NCBI GenBank assembly: GCA_963822445.1
Contig: CAWGHO010000002.1
Location: 864,001-928,000 of the forward strand
Direction: 5' to 3'
DNA length: 64,000 nt
From: an uncultured Acidobacteriota bacterium
GTDB taxonomy: Bacteria > Acidobacteriota > Thermoanaerobaculia > Gp7-AA8
Positions 11,936 to 21,553 of this stretch are shown here, piece after piece. Under the pieces are notes generated by a model, which saw only the letters and a list, made by a program, of their open reading frames with translations, was not told where the DNA came from and ran no database searches. Each line of letters starts with the position of its first letter. Within the stretch, counting starts at the first letter, position 1. A program made the translations under genes and the position numbers.

Positions 11936-12805
11936 ATGACGACGACTCTCGAGTCAGCGGCGGCTCGCATACTCGCCCCCCTCTCAGAGGTTCTGCACAA
12001 GCCGATGTACCTCGTCGACGCGCAGTCCCCCGAAGCAGGAAATGCGTTCGCGGTTCGTCTGCAGGTGCCGCGGCTCGCTGTCGTGGCCGCGGACGGCAAG
12101 CCGTTCGACGATCAGCAGCGGCGGTTGATCGCGGAGGTCTTCGACGTCATCCGCGTGGCCGAGGAGAGCGAGTCGCGGTATCAGGAGCTCGAGCAGCGGA
12201 TGCTCAGCCTGCAGCGCGAGAACCTCGATCTGACCGTTCGCAATCGCACGCTTTGCGAAGTCTCGTCGCGCGACACGCTGACCGGTTTGTACAACCGCTG
12301 GTACGTCATCGAGAAGATCGACAGCGAGTTGAATCGGGCCATCCGCCATGGCTCGCCGATGTCGCTGCTCATGCTCGACATCGATCATTTCAAGCGCATC
12401 AACGACACCTGGGGTCATCCCGCCGGAGACGAGGTCCTGAAGTCGGTCGGCAAGATGCTCAAGGAAAGCTGCCGCGTGTACGACGTTCCCGGTCGTTACG
12501 GCGGCGAAGAGTTCTGCATCGTCCTGCCGGAGACGCGACCGGGCAACACCACGGTCGTTGCCGAGCGGATTCGCAAACGTCTCGAGTCGACAGAACTGCC
12601 TATGGGCGATGAGTCCGTGACGGTGACCGCGTCGATCGGCGTTGCGGGGATGGACACGAACGGCGATGCGGAGATGCTGAGCCCGGCGGGGCTCATCGAC
12701 CGCGCGGACCGCGCGTTATACTCGGCCAAAACCAGAGGGCGGAATCGGATCGAGATGTGGGACGGCGGTCTGTTCGACGCGCCGCCGGCCATCGGCGGGC
12801 ACTGA
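11936..12805 (+). CDS. Diguanylate cyclase (coiled coil + GGDEF)
   Basis: D.LTGLYNR, DIDHFK.IND.WGH..GD, I-site RVYD followed by RYGGEEF, ADRALYSAK..GRN. Confidence 0.93.
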   Translation: MTTTLESAAARILAPLSEVLHKPMYLVDAQSPEAGNAFAVRLQVPRLAVVAADGKPFDDQQRRLIAEVFDVIRVAEESESRYQELEQRMLSLQRENLDLTVRNRTLCEVSSRDTLTGLYNRWYVIEKIDSELNRAIRHGSPMSLLMLDIDHFKRINDTWGHPAGDEVLKSVGKMLKESCRVYDVPGRYGGEEFCIVLPETRPGNTTVVAERIRKRLESTELPMGDESVTVTASIGVAGMDTNGDAEMLSPAGLIDRADRALYSAKTRGRNRIEMWDGGLFDAPPAIGGH

Positions 12806-12901
12806 CAGGTGAGCCCGATCACGCCTTTTAGGAAACATCGGTCGTAGATTAGCGGTTCAATTCGGGTCTACCAGTCCAAGGTCTAACGTCAAGAGGAAAA
12901 C

Positions 12902-13606
12902 ATGCACAAGAAAATCGTTCTGCTTCTCTCTCTCTGTCTTCTCGTCAGCACCACCGCGTTCGCGGGCAAGCCGGCGATCGGCGTCGCCGAGTTCACCAAC
13001 GCGACGACCGCTTCCTGGTGGTATCACGGCGTAGGCGACGATCTGGCCGACATGCTCACCAACGAGCTTGCCGGAATGGAAGTGTTCAAGGTCGTCGAGC
13101 GCTCGAAGCTCGGACCGGTCCTCGAAGAGCAGGACCTGGCCGCCTCGGGCCGCGTCAGCAAGTCCACCGGCGCGAAGATCGGCAAGCTCACCGGCGCTGA
13201 GTACCTGGTCATGGGCAGCCTCTCCGCGTTCGAGACGGACGTGAAGGGCACCGGCGGCGGCGTCAGCTTCCGCGGCATCAGCGTCGGCGGCAAGAAGGAA
13301 GACGCCTATCTCGCGGTCGACCTTCGCGTGATCAACACGACTACCGGTGAGATCGAGTTCACCCGCACCGTCGAGGCCCGCGCCTCGAGCGGCGGCCTGA
13401 ACGTCGGTCTGTATCGCGGCGGCTTCGGCGGCAACCTCTCCAAGTACGAGAAGACCCCGACCGGCAAAGCGATCCGCGCCGTGATCATGGAGATCAGCGA
13501 GTACCTCGCCTGCGCCATGGTCGAGAAGGGCGACTGCCTGGCCGAGTACAAGGCCAAGGAAGGCGCCCGCCGCGAGAAGACCAAGAAGGCGATCAAGCTC
13601 GACTAA
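12902..13606 (+). CDS. CsgG/HfaB-family exported protein
   Basis: Signal peptide; IGVAEF; F.VVER..L..VLEEQ; KIGKLTGAEYLVMGS; VDLRVINTTTGEI. Confidence 0.78.
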   Translation: MHKKIVLLLSLCLLVSTTAFAGKPAIGVAEFTNATTASWWYHGVGDDLADMLTNELAGMEVFKVVERSKLGPVLEEQDLAASGRVSKSTGAKIGKLTGAEYLVMGSLSAFETDVKGTGGGVSFRGISVGGKKEDAYLAVDLRVINTTTGEIEFTRTVEARASSGGLNVGLYRGGFGGNLSKYEKTPTGKAIRAVIMEISEYLACAMVEKGDCLAEYKAKEGARREKTKKAIKLD

Positions 13607-13627
13607 CTTCGATCGTCAATCGAAGGC

Positions 13628-13658
13628 AAAAGGCCAGCCGCGAGGCTGGCCTTTTTTT
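13628..13658. terminator. Bidirectional intrinsic terminator
   Basis: AAAAGGCCAGCC-GCGA-GGCTGGCCTTTTTTT between convergent genes. Confidence 0.9.
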
Positions 13659-13662
13659 CGTT

Positions 13663-14025
13663 TCAGGAACGAACGACCGATCGCTGAATGACTTTCTCGT
13701 ACGCGCGGAAGGTCGCCGTCGCGACGCCGTCTTCGGAAAGGATGATGCGCACTTCGAAGGACTTCCCATCCTTCTCGGAAAACACCTCGGCCGGAGTTCG
13801 CGAAGTGGTGCTGACTTTCGGCGAGAAGACCACGGTGCCGGTGGCTTTCTCGGTGACCGTCACATGGACGATGAACCTTCCGGGCTGGGCCTCCTCGATG
13901 GTCTTGACCTGGACCAGGTAAGGATCGGTCTTCGACGGGGCGTACGGATCGGACGACGGAGCACCGGTCAGGACGAGCGCGACCACGGCACAGGCGACGA
14001 GCGCAAGCAGGATTCGGGAGCGCAT
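13663..14025 (-). CDS. Small exported hypothetical protein
   Basis: GGAGGA upstream of ATG 14025; N-terminal hydrophobic segment; beta-rich body; no family recognised. Confidence 0.7.
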   Translation of the reverse strand: MRSRILLALVACAVVALVLTGAPSSDPYAPSKTDPYLVQVKTIEEAQPGRFIVHVTVTEKATGTVVFSPKVSTTSRTPAEVFSEKDGKSFEVRIILSEDGVATATFRAYEKVIQRSVVRS

Positions 14026-14110
14026 TTTCTGGTTTTCCTCCGGCAAAGAGTGTAACCGGGGACATTCCGAAACAAGCGACTCGATACCGAATAACTATAA
14101 AATGTGCGCC

Positions 14111-16645
14111 ATGCGCAGGCTCCTTCCTGTTCTCGTTTCCCTATTCCTCGTCATCCCCGCTCTGGCCAATCACGAAGGTCCGGCCGACATCTGGGTCGAG
14201 GTGAGCGCATCGCCCACTGTCGTTGAGGCCGGACAGGAAATCACTTACACGATCACGATGCGAAACAGCGGGCCGAACTTCGCTTCCCGCATCACGATGA
14301 CCAATCCCGTGCCGGAGCACACAGAGTTCATCCGGTATGACGACAACCACGGCAGCACCGGATTCAACTGCTTCGACGCCCGCTTCGCCCAGAACCAGTT
14401 CTCCTGTTCGGGGCTCGGTCTCGACCCGAATGGGTCCTGGACGGTCTTCTTCACCGTCCGCGTGAACCCCGACGCCGTGGGGCTGACGATCACCAGCACC
14501 GCCACTGTGTCGAGCGATTCGCCCGACCCCAATACTGCGAACAATTCGATGACCGTTCAGACGCCGGTGACCGAAACGACGCCGACGGATGCCGACCTCT
14601 CCGTGACGAAGGTGTTCGCCGATACGGTCGATCCGTACGTGGGCCATGGCGAGGTCGCGAGTTTCGACATCACCGTCCGGAACGCGGGTCCGATTGCGGC
14701 GCAGAACGTCTCGCTCACCGACGTCATCCCCGCCGAAACCACCTTCGAATCGGTTACCCAGACGTCCGGCCCGGCGTTCTCCTGCACGCAGCCGGCACAG
14801 GGCGCGACCGGCACCGTCAGCTGTTCCATCGCCTCCCTCGCCGATGGAGCAGAGGCGACGTTCACCCTCGCGGTTCGAGTCGGCGCAACTACGAACGGCG
14901 AGGTTTCCAATACCGCGACGGTTTCCTCTTCGACGCCGGATCCCGACACCGCGGATCGGACTTCCACGGCCGGGTTCATCGCCAGGCGGCCGGGCCCCGA
15001 TCTTCAGATTACGAAGACCGCGTCGCTTGCCGAGGTCGTGGCCGGGGATTCGATCTACTACACCATCGAGGTCGAGAACGTCGGATCCGCCGTGGCCACG
15101 GACATCCGGATCGTGGATGCCGTCCCGGCGAACACGACGTTCCGCTACGCGGTTCACAACGGCGGAACGGGGGCCGGATGTGCGCCGCCGGACGTGACTC
15201 AGAGCGGGGCAATCGAGTGCTCATTCAGCAGCCTTTCGCCCGGCTTCGGCCGTTCCTTCGAGATCGCGGTCCGCGTGGACTCCGACGCCGCGGGAGAGAC
15301 GATCACGAACACGGCCACGCTCTCCACGTCGTCCACCGATCCCGATCTGAGCAACAACTCCGACACCGTCCAGACGCCGGTCTCGAGCACGCCTCCGTCG
15401 AACGCCGACCTGGCGGTGTCGAAAGGCGTCACCGACCCCGAAGCGTTCTTCGGGCCGGGTGAAGTGGTCGCGTATGAGATTTCGCTGATGAACAACGGTC
15501 TCGCGGTGGCGCAGGACGTCAGCCTGACGGACGTGCTCCCGGCCGGGACCACGTTCGAGTCGCTGACGCAGACCACGGGTCCCACCTTCAATTGCACGGC
15601 GCCCGATCACGGGGCGACGGGAACCGTTAGCTGCTTCATCGCCTCGTTCGACAACGCCGCCCTGGCGCAGTTCACGCTGGCGGTGCGCGTCAATGCGAAT
15701 GCCACGGGCGGCACGCTCGCGAATACTGTCGAAGTAGCCTCGTTCACACCCGATCCGAACAGCGCCAACAACAGCTCGACGGCGACGGTCACCGTTACGG
15801 AAGCCGCGGGAACGGACCTGATCCTTGCCAAAAGCGCCGACCCGGCCGCGGCGGAACCGGGGGACCTGATCACTTACACGGTGACAGCCACCAACATCGG
15901 CTCCGAGCACGCGAGCAATGTCTTCATCAGAGATCCCGTGCCCGCGAACACGACCTTCGTGTCTGTCGAAGAGCCGCCGGGCACGTTCGCCGATTGCTTC
16001 GACCCTGCCGCCGCGAACAACGTGGTCGTGTGCAGGATCAGCGGCATCGGCCCATCGGAGTCGTTCGCGATCACGTTCGTCGTGCGGGTCAACGAGAACG
16101 CGACCGGCGTCATTACCAACACGGCGACGGTAGAGACCTCGACCGCCGAATCGAACCTGTCGAACAACTCCGCAAGCGCGCAGACGACTCTTCCCGGCTC
16201 GCCGGACTCGGCGGATCTCGAGATCACCAAGATCGCCGGCGCCGACACCGCCCGGCCGAACGCAAACATTACGTACACGATCACCGTCTCCAACTACGGT
16301 CCCGGGGCGGCCGGTGACATCGTCATGACCGACGAACTGCCGGAGCACACCAGCTTTGTCTCGGTGACCGACGACGGCACGACGGACACGAACTGCTTCC
16401 CGTCCTCGGCCGAAGGCGAAGTGCAGTGCTTCACCGGCGCCCTTCCGGCCGGACAGGCGCGGACGATCTCTCTGGTCCTGCGCGTCGAGCCGGGCGCAAC
16501 GGGCTCGATCACGAACACGGCCACGGTGGAGTCCTCGCGAGCCGATCCCAACCTCTCGAACAACTCGGCCACCGTGACAACGCCCTTCGGACGGGGACGG
16601 AAGCGGAGGCCGTGCTGGGTGTTCGGGGAGAAGTACTGCGACTGA
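14111..16645 (+). CDS. Secreted protein with six DUF11 (Ig-like) repeats, paralog 1
   Basis: Signal peptide; repeated ADL.ITK....G..ITYTI.V.N.G...A..V...D..P....ITNTATV.S...DP...NN. Start moved to ATG 14111, 7 nt after TAAAAT. Confidence 0.9.
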   Translation: MRRLLPVLVSLFLVIPALANHEGPADIWVEVSASPTVVEAGQEITYTITMRNSGPNFASRITMTNPVPEHTEFIRYDDNHGSTGFNCFDARFAQNQFSCSGLGLDPNGSWTVFFTVRVNPDAVGLTITSTATVSSDSPDPNTANNSMTVQTPVTETTPTDADLSVTKVFADTVDPYVGHGEVASFDITVRNAGPIAAQNVSLTDVIPAETTFESVTQTSGPAFSCTQPAQGATGTVSCSIASLADGAEATFTLAVRVGATTNGEVSNTATVSSSTPDPDTADRTSTAGFIARRPGPDLQITKTASLAEVVAGDSIYYTIEVENVGSAVATDIRIVDAVPANTTFRYAVHNGGTGAGCAPPDVTQSGAIECSFSSLSPGFGRSFEIAVRVDSDAAGETITNTATLSTSSTDPDLSNNSDTVQTPVSSTPPSNADLAVSKGVTDPEAFFGPGEVVAYEISLMNNGLAVAQDVSLTDVLPAGTTFESLTQTTGPTFNCTAPDHGATGTVSCFIASFDNAALAQFTLAVRVNANATGGTLANTVEVASFTPDPNSANNSSTATVTVTEAAGTDLILAKSADPAAAEPGDLITYTVTATNIGSEHASNVFIRDPVPANTTFVSVEEPPGTFADCFDPAAANNVVVCRISGIGPSESFAITFVVRVNENATGVITNTATVETSTAESNLSNNSASAQTTLPGSPDSADLEITKIAGADTARPNANITYTITVSNYGPGAAGDIVMTDELPEHTSFVSVTDDGTTDTNCFPSSAEGEVQCFTGALPAGQARTISLVLRVEPGATGSITNTATVESSRADPNLSNNSATVTTPFGRGRKRRPCWVFGEKYCD

Positions 16646-16724
16646 GGCCACTCTTCGCGCTCACGTCACTACTAGGTCTACTCGCCAAGACTCTGACGGG
16701 CCGAATAACTATAAAATGCGCGCA

Positions 16725-19271
16725 ATGTGCAGGCTCGCTCGTGTTCTGGTTTCCCTCTTCCTCGCCATCCCTGCTCTGGCCAGTCACGAAGGTCCGGCCG
16801 ACATCTCGGTCGAGGTGAGCGCATCGCCCGCTGTCGTAGACGCCGGGCAGGAGATCACCTACGCGATCACGATGCGTAACAGCGGACCGGGCTTCGCCAG
16901 ACCCATCAAGCTGAGCAATCCCGTGCCCGCGAACACGCAGTTCATCCGGTTCAACGACAACCATCCCTCCACGGGCTTCAGCTGCGAAGACGCGCGCGCC
17001 AACAACGTGAACATCTTCTACTGTTCGGGCACGGTTCTCCAACCGAACGAATCCTGGACGGTCTTCTTCACCGTGCGCGTGAATGCCGACGCCGCGGGGC
17101 TGACGATCAGCAGCACAGCCACTGCATCGGGCGATGCACCCGACCCCAATTCGTCGAACAACTCGATGACCGTCGAGACGCCGGTGACCGAAGCCACGCC
17201 GACGGACGCCGACATCTCCGTGACGAAGATGTTCGCCGATATGTTCAATCCATACGTGGGTCGTGGTGAGGTTGCGAGTTTCACCATCACCGTCCGGAAC
17301 GGCGGACCGATCGCGGCGCAGAACGTCACGCTCACCGACGTCATCCCCGCAGAAACAACCTTTGAATCGGTAAGCCAGACGTCCGGCCCCTCGTTCGCCT
17401 GCACGCAACCGGCACAGGGCGCGACCGGCACCGTCAGCTGCTCCATCGCCTCTCTCGCCGATGGAGCGGTGGCGACCTTCGCGCTGGCCGTTCGAGTAGG
17501 CGCGACCACGGACGGCGAGGTTTTCAATACTGCGACGGTCTCCTCTTCCACGCCGGATCCCGACACCGCGGATCGGACTTCCACGGACGCGTTCATCGCC
17601 ACGCGACCAGGTCCCGATCTGAAGATTACGAAGACCGCATCGCCGGCCGAGGTCGTGGCTGGGGAGTCGATCTACTACATCGTTGAGGTCGAGAACGTCG
17701 GATCCACGGTAGCCATCGACATCCGGATCGTCGATGCCGTCCCGGCGAACACGACGTTCCGCTACGCGATTCACCACGGCCCAGGGGGCGGGGTCGCAGG
17801 CTGTGGGCCGCCGGAGGTAAATCCGAGTGGGGCAATCGAGTGCACGTTCCCAAACCTTTCGCCTAACGTCCGCCGTTCCTTCGAGATCGCGGTCCGCGTG
17901 AACTCCGACGCGGCGGGAGAGACGATCACGAACACGGCCACGGTTTCCGCGTCGACTACCGACCCCGATCTGAGCAACAACTCCGACACCGTCCAGACGC
18001 CGGTTTCAGGGACTCCTCCGTCGAGCGCAGACCTGGCGGTAGGGCAGGGCATTACCGAGCCCGAAGCGTTCTTCGGGCCGGGGGAAGTGGTCCCGTACGA
18101 GATCTTCCTGATGAACAACGGTCTCGCGCCCGCGCAGGACGTAAGCCTGACAGGTGCAATTCCTGCCGGGGCCACGTTCGAGTCACTGACGCAGACCGCC
18201 GGTCCCACCTTCAACTGCACCGCGCCCGCTCACGGCGCCACGGGAACCGTGAGCTGCTTCATCGCTTCGTTCGACAACGCCGCCCTGGCGCGGTTCACGT
18301 TGGCGGTGCGCGTCAACGCCAACGCCACGGGCGGCACGCTCTCGAATACTGTCGATGTAGCCTCGTCCACCCCCGATCCGAACAGCGCCAACAACAGCTC
18401 GACGTCGACGGTCACCATCACGGAAGTCGCGGGGAGGGACCTGATCCTCGCCAAGAGCGCCGATCCGGCCGCCGCCGAACCGGGCGACCTGATCACGTAC
18501 ACGGTGACGGCGACGAACATCGGGTCCGAGCACGCGAGCGTTATCCTCATCAAAGATCCCGTGCCGGCGAATACGACCTTCGTGTCCGTTGAAGAGCTGC
18601 CGGGCACGTTCGCCGATTGCTTCGACCCTGCTGCCGCGGACAACGTGGTTGTGTGCAGGATCGGCGGCCTCGGGCCATCGGAGTCGCACGCGATCACGTT
18701 CACCGTCCGGGTGAACGACGATGCCACCGGCGTCATTACGAACACGGCGACGGTAGAGACCTCGTCGGCCGAATCAAACGTCACCAACAACTCGGCAACC
18801 GCGGAGACGACGCTGCCCGGCTCGCCGGACTCCGCGGACCTCGAGATCACCAAGACCGCCGACGCCGACACCGCCCGGCCGAACGCGAACGTCACCTACA
18901 CGATCACCATCTCCAACTACGGTCCCTCTGCGGCCGGCGACATCGTCATGACCGACGAACTGCCGGAGCACACGACCTTCGTCTCGGTGACCGACGACAG
19001 CGCCACGGACACGAACTGCTTCGCGCCCTCGACCGAGGGGGACGTGCAGTGCTTCATCGGCACCCTTCCGGCCGGGCACACGCGGACGATCTCCCTGGTC
19101 CTGCGCATCGAGCCGGGCGCAGCGGGCTCGATCACGAACACGGCCACGGTGGAGTCCTCGCGCACCGACCCGAACCTCTCGAACAACTCGGCGACCGTGA
19201 CGACGCCGTTTGGACGTGGACGGAAGCGGCAGGCGTGCTGGGTGTTCGGGGAGAAGTACTGCCAGGACTGA
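16725..19271 (+). CDS. Secreted protein with six DUF11 repeats, paralog 2 (tandem duplicate)
   Basis: Colinear and highly similar to paralog 1; shares the upstream CCGAATAACTATAAAATG; ATG 16725 is 7 nt after TAAAAT. Confidence 0.9.
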   Translation: MCRLARVLVSLFLAIPALASHEGPADISVEVSASPAVVDAGQEITYAITMRNSGPGFARPIKLSNPVPANTQFIRFNDNHPSTGFSCEDARANNVNIFYCSGTVLQPNESWTVFFTVRVNADAAGLTISSTATASGDAPDPNSSNNSMTVETPVTEATPTDADISVTKMFADMFNPYVGRGEVASFTITVRNGGPIAAQNVTLTDVIPAETTFESVSQTSGPSFACTQPAQGATGTVSCSIASLADGAVATFALAVRVGATTDGEVFNTATVSSSTPDPDTADRTSTDAFIATRPGPDLKITKTASPAEVVAGESIYYIVEVENVGSTVAIDIRIVDAVPANTTFRYAIHHGPGGGVAGCGPPEVNPSGAIECTFPNLSPNVRRSFEIAVRVNSDAAGETITNTATVSASTTDPDLSNNSDTVQTPVSGTPPSSADLAVGQGITEPEAFFGPGEVVPYEIFLMNNGLAPAQDVSLTGAIPAGATFESLTQTAGPTFNCTAPAHGATGTVSCFIASFDNAALARFTLAVRVNANATGGTLSNTVDVASSTPDPNSANNSSTSTVTITEVAGRDLILAKSADPAAAEPGDLITYTVTATNIGSEHASVILIKDPVPANTTFVSVEELPGTFADCFDPAAADNVVVCRIGGLGPSESHAITFTVRVNDDATGVITNTATVETSSAESNVTNNSATAETTLPGSPDSADLEITKTADADTARPNANVTYTITISNYGPSAAGDIVMTDELPEHTTFVSVTDDSATDTNCFAPSTEGDVQCFIGTLPAGHTRTISLVLRIEPGAAGSITNTATVESSRTDPNLSNNSATVTTPFGRGRKRQACWVFGEKYCQD

Positions 19272-19291
19272 GGTTCGGGCGCCGCGACCCC

Positions 19292-19352
19292 ACTTACGCC
19301 AAAACTTACGCTTGACTTTCGCCCTATTACCGCCTACATTGTCCGATACGGA
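19292..19352 (+). promoter_or_regulatory. lexA promoter with candidate operator motifs
   Basis: TTGACT(19312)-17 bp-TACATT(19335); direct repeat ACTTACGC at 19292 and 19304; TCCG-ATA-CGGA inverted repeat at 19342-19352. Confidence 0.6.
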
Positions 19353-19360
19353 AGGCGGCC

Positions 19361-19999
19361 ATGCGATATCTGACGGAACGACAGCGTGACATTCTCGAAT
19401 TCATCCGCGGGTTCCAGAAAAGCCGCGGGATCGCGCCGACCCACCGCGAGATCTGCGATCACTTCGGCTTCTCCTCGTACGGCACGGTTTACAAGCACCT
19501 GTCGCTGCTCGAGAAGAAGGGGCTGATCCGCCGGGACTGGAACCAGAAGCGGGGTGTGGAGATCGTCGAACAGAACGACGAGCCCGCACCCGCGGCGGCC
19601 ACCGCCCGCCGGCAGGACAGCCCGGTTCGCGAGCTGCCGTTGTTCGGCTACATCGCCGCCGGCCGGCCCCTCGAGGTCGACGTCTCCGACGAGACCATCG
19701 CCGTGCCCGAGCACCTGACCACGCGCGGCGAAAACTACGTACTGAAGGTTCGAGGCGACTCGATGGTCGAGGACGGCATTCTCGATGGCGACCTGGTGAT
19801 CATCGCGCGGCGGGACGAGGCTCACAACGGCGACATGGTCGTCGCGAACGTGAGCGGCGAAGTCACGCTCAAGCGCCTCTATCGCGAAGGTGAGCGCGTC
19901 CGGCTGCAGCCGGCGAACTCGATGATGGGACCGATCTACGCCGCCGCCCGTGACGTCGCGGTGCAGGGCATCGTGGTCGGCCTCATGCGGCGGTTCTGA
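19361..19999 (+). CDS. lexA: SOS repressor LexA
   Basis: LTERQ..IL.FI wHTH; G.IAAG cleavage site; V.GDSM catalytic Ser; TLKR catalytic Lys. Confidence 0.95.
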   Translation: MRYLTERQRDILEFIRGFQKSRGIAPTHREICDHFGFSSYGTVYKHLSLLEKKGLIRRDWNQKRGVEIVEQNDEPAPAAATARRQDSPVRELPLFGYIAAGRPLEVDVSDETIAVPEHLTTRGENYVLKVRGDSMVEDGILDGDLVIIARRDEAHNGDMVVANVSGEVTLKRLYREGERVRLQPANSMMGPIYAAARDVAVQGIVVGLMRRF

Positions 20000-20046
20000 G
20001 TGGTTTGTTGTCTGTTGTCTGACGGTGCAGGAAACGTGAGGAAGCC

Positions 20047-20508
20047 ATGGATCTCGTGCTCAAACTGAGAGAAATTCGCAGGCTCCGCGGGCTGAGCCAG
20101 AAGGATGTAGCCCGCCTCTCCGGTGTCGGGGAGAAGACCATCAGCTCGTTCGAGACCGGTCAGCGCATCGGCTCACTGAAGCTGGAACAGCTCAAGAGAC
20201 TCCTCGGCGTCTACGGATTGACCGAGGCGGACTTCTTCGGCAGCTCCGTGGAGCGGCAGATCGCGCCGTGGGAGCTCGACGAAGACGAATGTGCGGCGCA
20301 GAAACTCGTGGAAGAGCTGCGCACGCTCCCGCGCACGACGCAGCGGGCGATGGTGTCGAAGTTCCAGCTCATGCTCGAAGGCGCGTCGCATGTGAGCCAG
20401 CACGTTCCGGCCATGCGCGACCGCCGCACTCCCACCCCTCCGCGGGCCCACCCACCGACGTACGACCGCCACGATCCCGCGTGGCACGAGCTCGCCCCGC
20501 GCAACTGA
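20047..20508 (+). CDS. XRE-family HTH transcriptional regulator
   Basis: LREIRRLRGLSQKDVARLSGVGEKTISSFETG; GAGGA SD. Confidence 0.85.
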   Translation: MDLVLKLREIRRLRGLSQKDVARLSGVGEKTISSFETGQRIGSLKLEQLKRLLGVYGLTEADFFGSSVERQIAPWELDEDECAAQKLVEELRTLPRTTQRAMVSKFQLMLEGASHVSQHVPAMRDRRTPTPPRAHPPTYDRHDPAWHELAPRN

Positions 20509-20527
20509 CGCGGGGTCGGGTCTCGCG

Positions 20528-21431
20528 CTACCTCGGCAACTGGTGCGCGAGACTGCGGTCGATCGTCGGGTAGTCGAACGTGAACCCTTCCCGCTGAGCG
20601 CGCGCGGGAAGGACCCGCTGGCCGGCGAGCAACATCTCCTCGGCCTTCTCGCTCCCGAAGGCGAGGCGAAGGGCGAGGGCGGGCGTGGGGATGAGGGCCG
20701 GGCGGTGGAGGGCGGCGCCGAGGGCGCGGCCGAAGTCGCGGTTGCGGACGGGCTCGGGTGCGGTGGCGTTGTAGATTCCGCGAGCGGTTTCGGTCTCGAG
20801 TGTCCACTCGATCATGCGCACCGCGTCGTCGCGGTCGACCCAGGACATCCATTGCCGGCCGTTGCCGAGCGGACCGCCTGCGCCGAGCTTGAACGGCAAG
20901 AGCATCTTGCCGAGCGCGCCGCCTTCCGGCGCAAGCACGATCCCGAAGCGGACGATCACCAGTCGCGCGAGCGACTCGGCCTCACCCGCCGCGGCTTCCC
21001 ACTGCGTCACCAGATCGGCGAGAAAACCAGTTCCGCGATTCGAGGACTCGTCGAGCTGATTCGTCGCCGCGATTGCCGTAGAAGCCGACCGCCGAGGCGT
21101 TGATGAACGCGCGTTTCCGGGCCGGCTCGCGCCTGATCGCTTCGACCAGCGCGCGGGTCGCGTTCACGCGGCTGTCGACGAGCCGTTGCTTGCGCGCGTC
21201 CGTCCAGCGGCCTTCGCCGATGTTCTCGCCGGCCAGGTTGATGATGGCTTCGGCCGCGGCGGCTTCCGCCGACCAGGCCCCTTGCGACTTGCCGTCCCAG
21301 GCCAGTCCGCGTCCCGCGTCGACCTTCGAAGGATCGCGTGACAGAACGGCAACGTCGTGCCCTTTCGCAATCAGCCGCCGAACCAGCGGCTCGCCGATGA
21401 ACCCGCTACCGCCTGCGACGACGATTTTCAT
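20528..21431 (-). CDS. TIGR01777-family NAD-dependent epimerase (YfcH-like), one frameshift near 21060
   Basis: MKIVVAGGSGFIG, INLAGE, SAVGFYG, WE, RFGIVL...GGAL, G.Q..SWV, N..AP.PV.N..F, LL.GQRV.P; removing one base joins the two ORFs. Confidence 0.9.
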
Positions 21432-21451
21432 GCGCCGGATCTTATCGCGCC

Positions 21452-21488
21452 AAAACACGACCGCCGGCCTTTCGGCCGGCGGTGCGCG
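21452..21488 (-). terminator. Intrinsic terminator
   Basis: ACCGCCGGCC-GAAA-GGCCGGCGGT followed by CGTGTTTT on the - strand. Confidence 0.8.
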
Positions 21489-21547
21489 TCAAATCAGGAG
21501 GAGATAGGAGATGTGTTTCAGGTGCCCGTTTCGTTTCGTCCGTCGCT
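21452..21547 (-). ncRNA. Candidate small regulatory RNA (~95 nt) with CU-rich anti-SD seed
   Basis: Lies between an ECF-type promoter (21554-21578) and an intrinsic terminator (21452-21488); contains CAUCUCCUAUCUCCUCCUG; no ORF on this strand. Confidence 0.55.
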
Positions 21548-21553
21548 AAGTAG

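Noticed and set aside
16590-16645. Tail CWVFGEKYC as a mimic of the GPCR WxFGxxxC loop, or a hormone-like peptide released at an RKRR site
   Set aside because: The match is too short to be significant and RKRR is not conserved in paralog 2 (RKRQ); kept only as a candidate sorting tail.
14102-19271. Diversity-generating retroelement acting on the DUF11 paralogs
   Set aside because: No reverse transcriptase or TR/VR pair; differences are spread over full-length intact genes and include indels.
12902-19271. Curli-like secretion system (CsgG exporting the DUF11 proteins)
   Set aside because: No csgA/B/E/F, no lipobox Cys, and a terminator plus an opposite-strand gene separate them.
19361-20508. 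Prophage immunity region (CI/Cro)
   Set aside because: The protein is a canonical LexA, the genes are co-oriented, and there are no integrase or phage genes.
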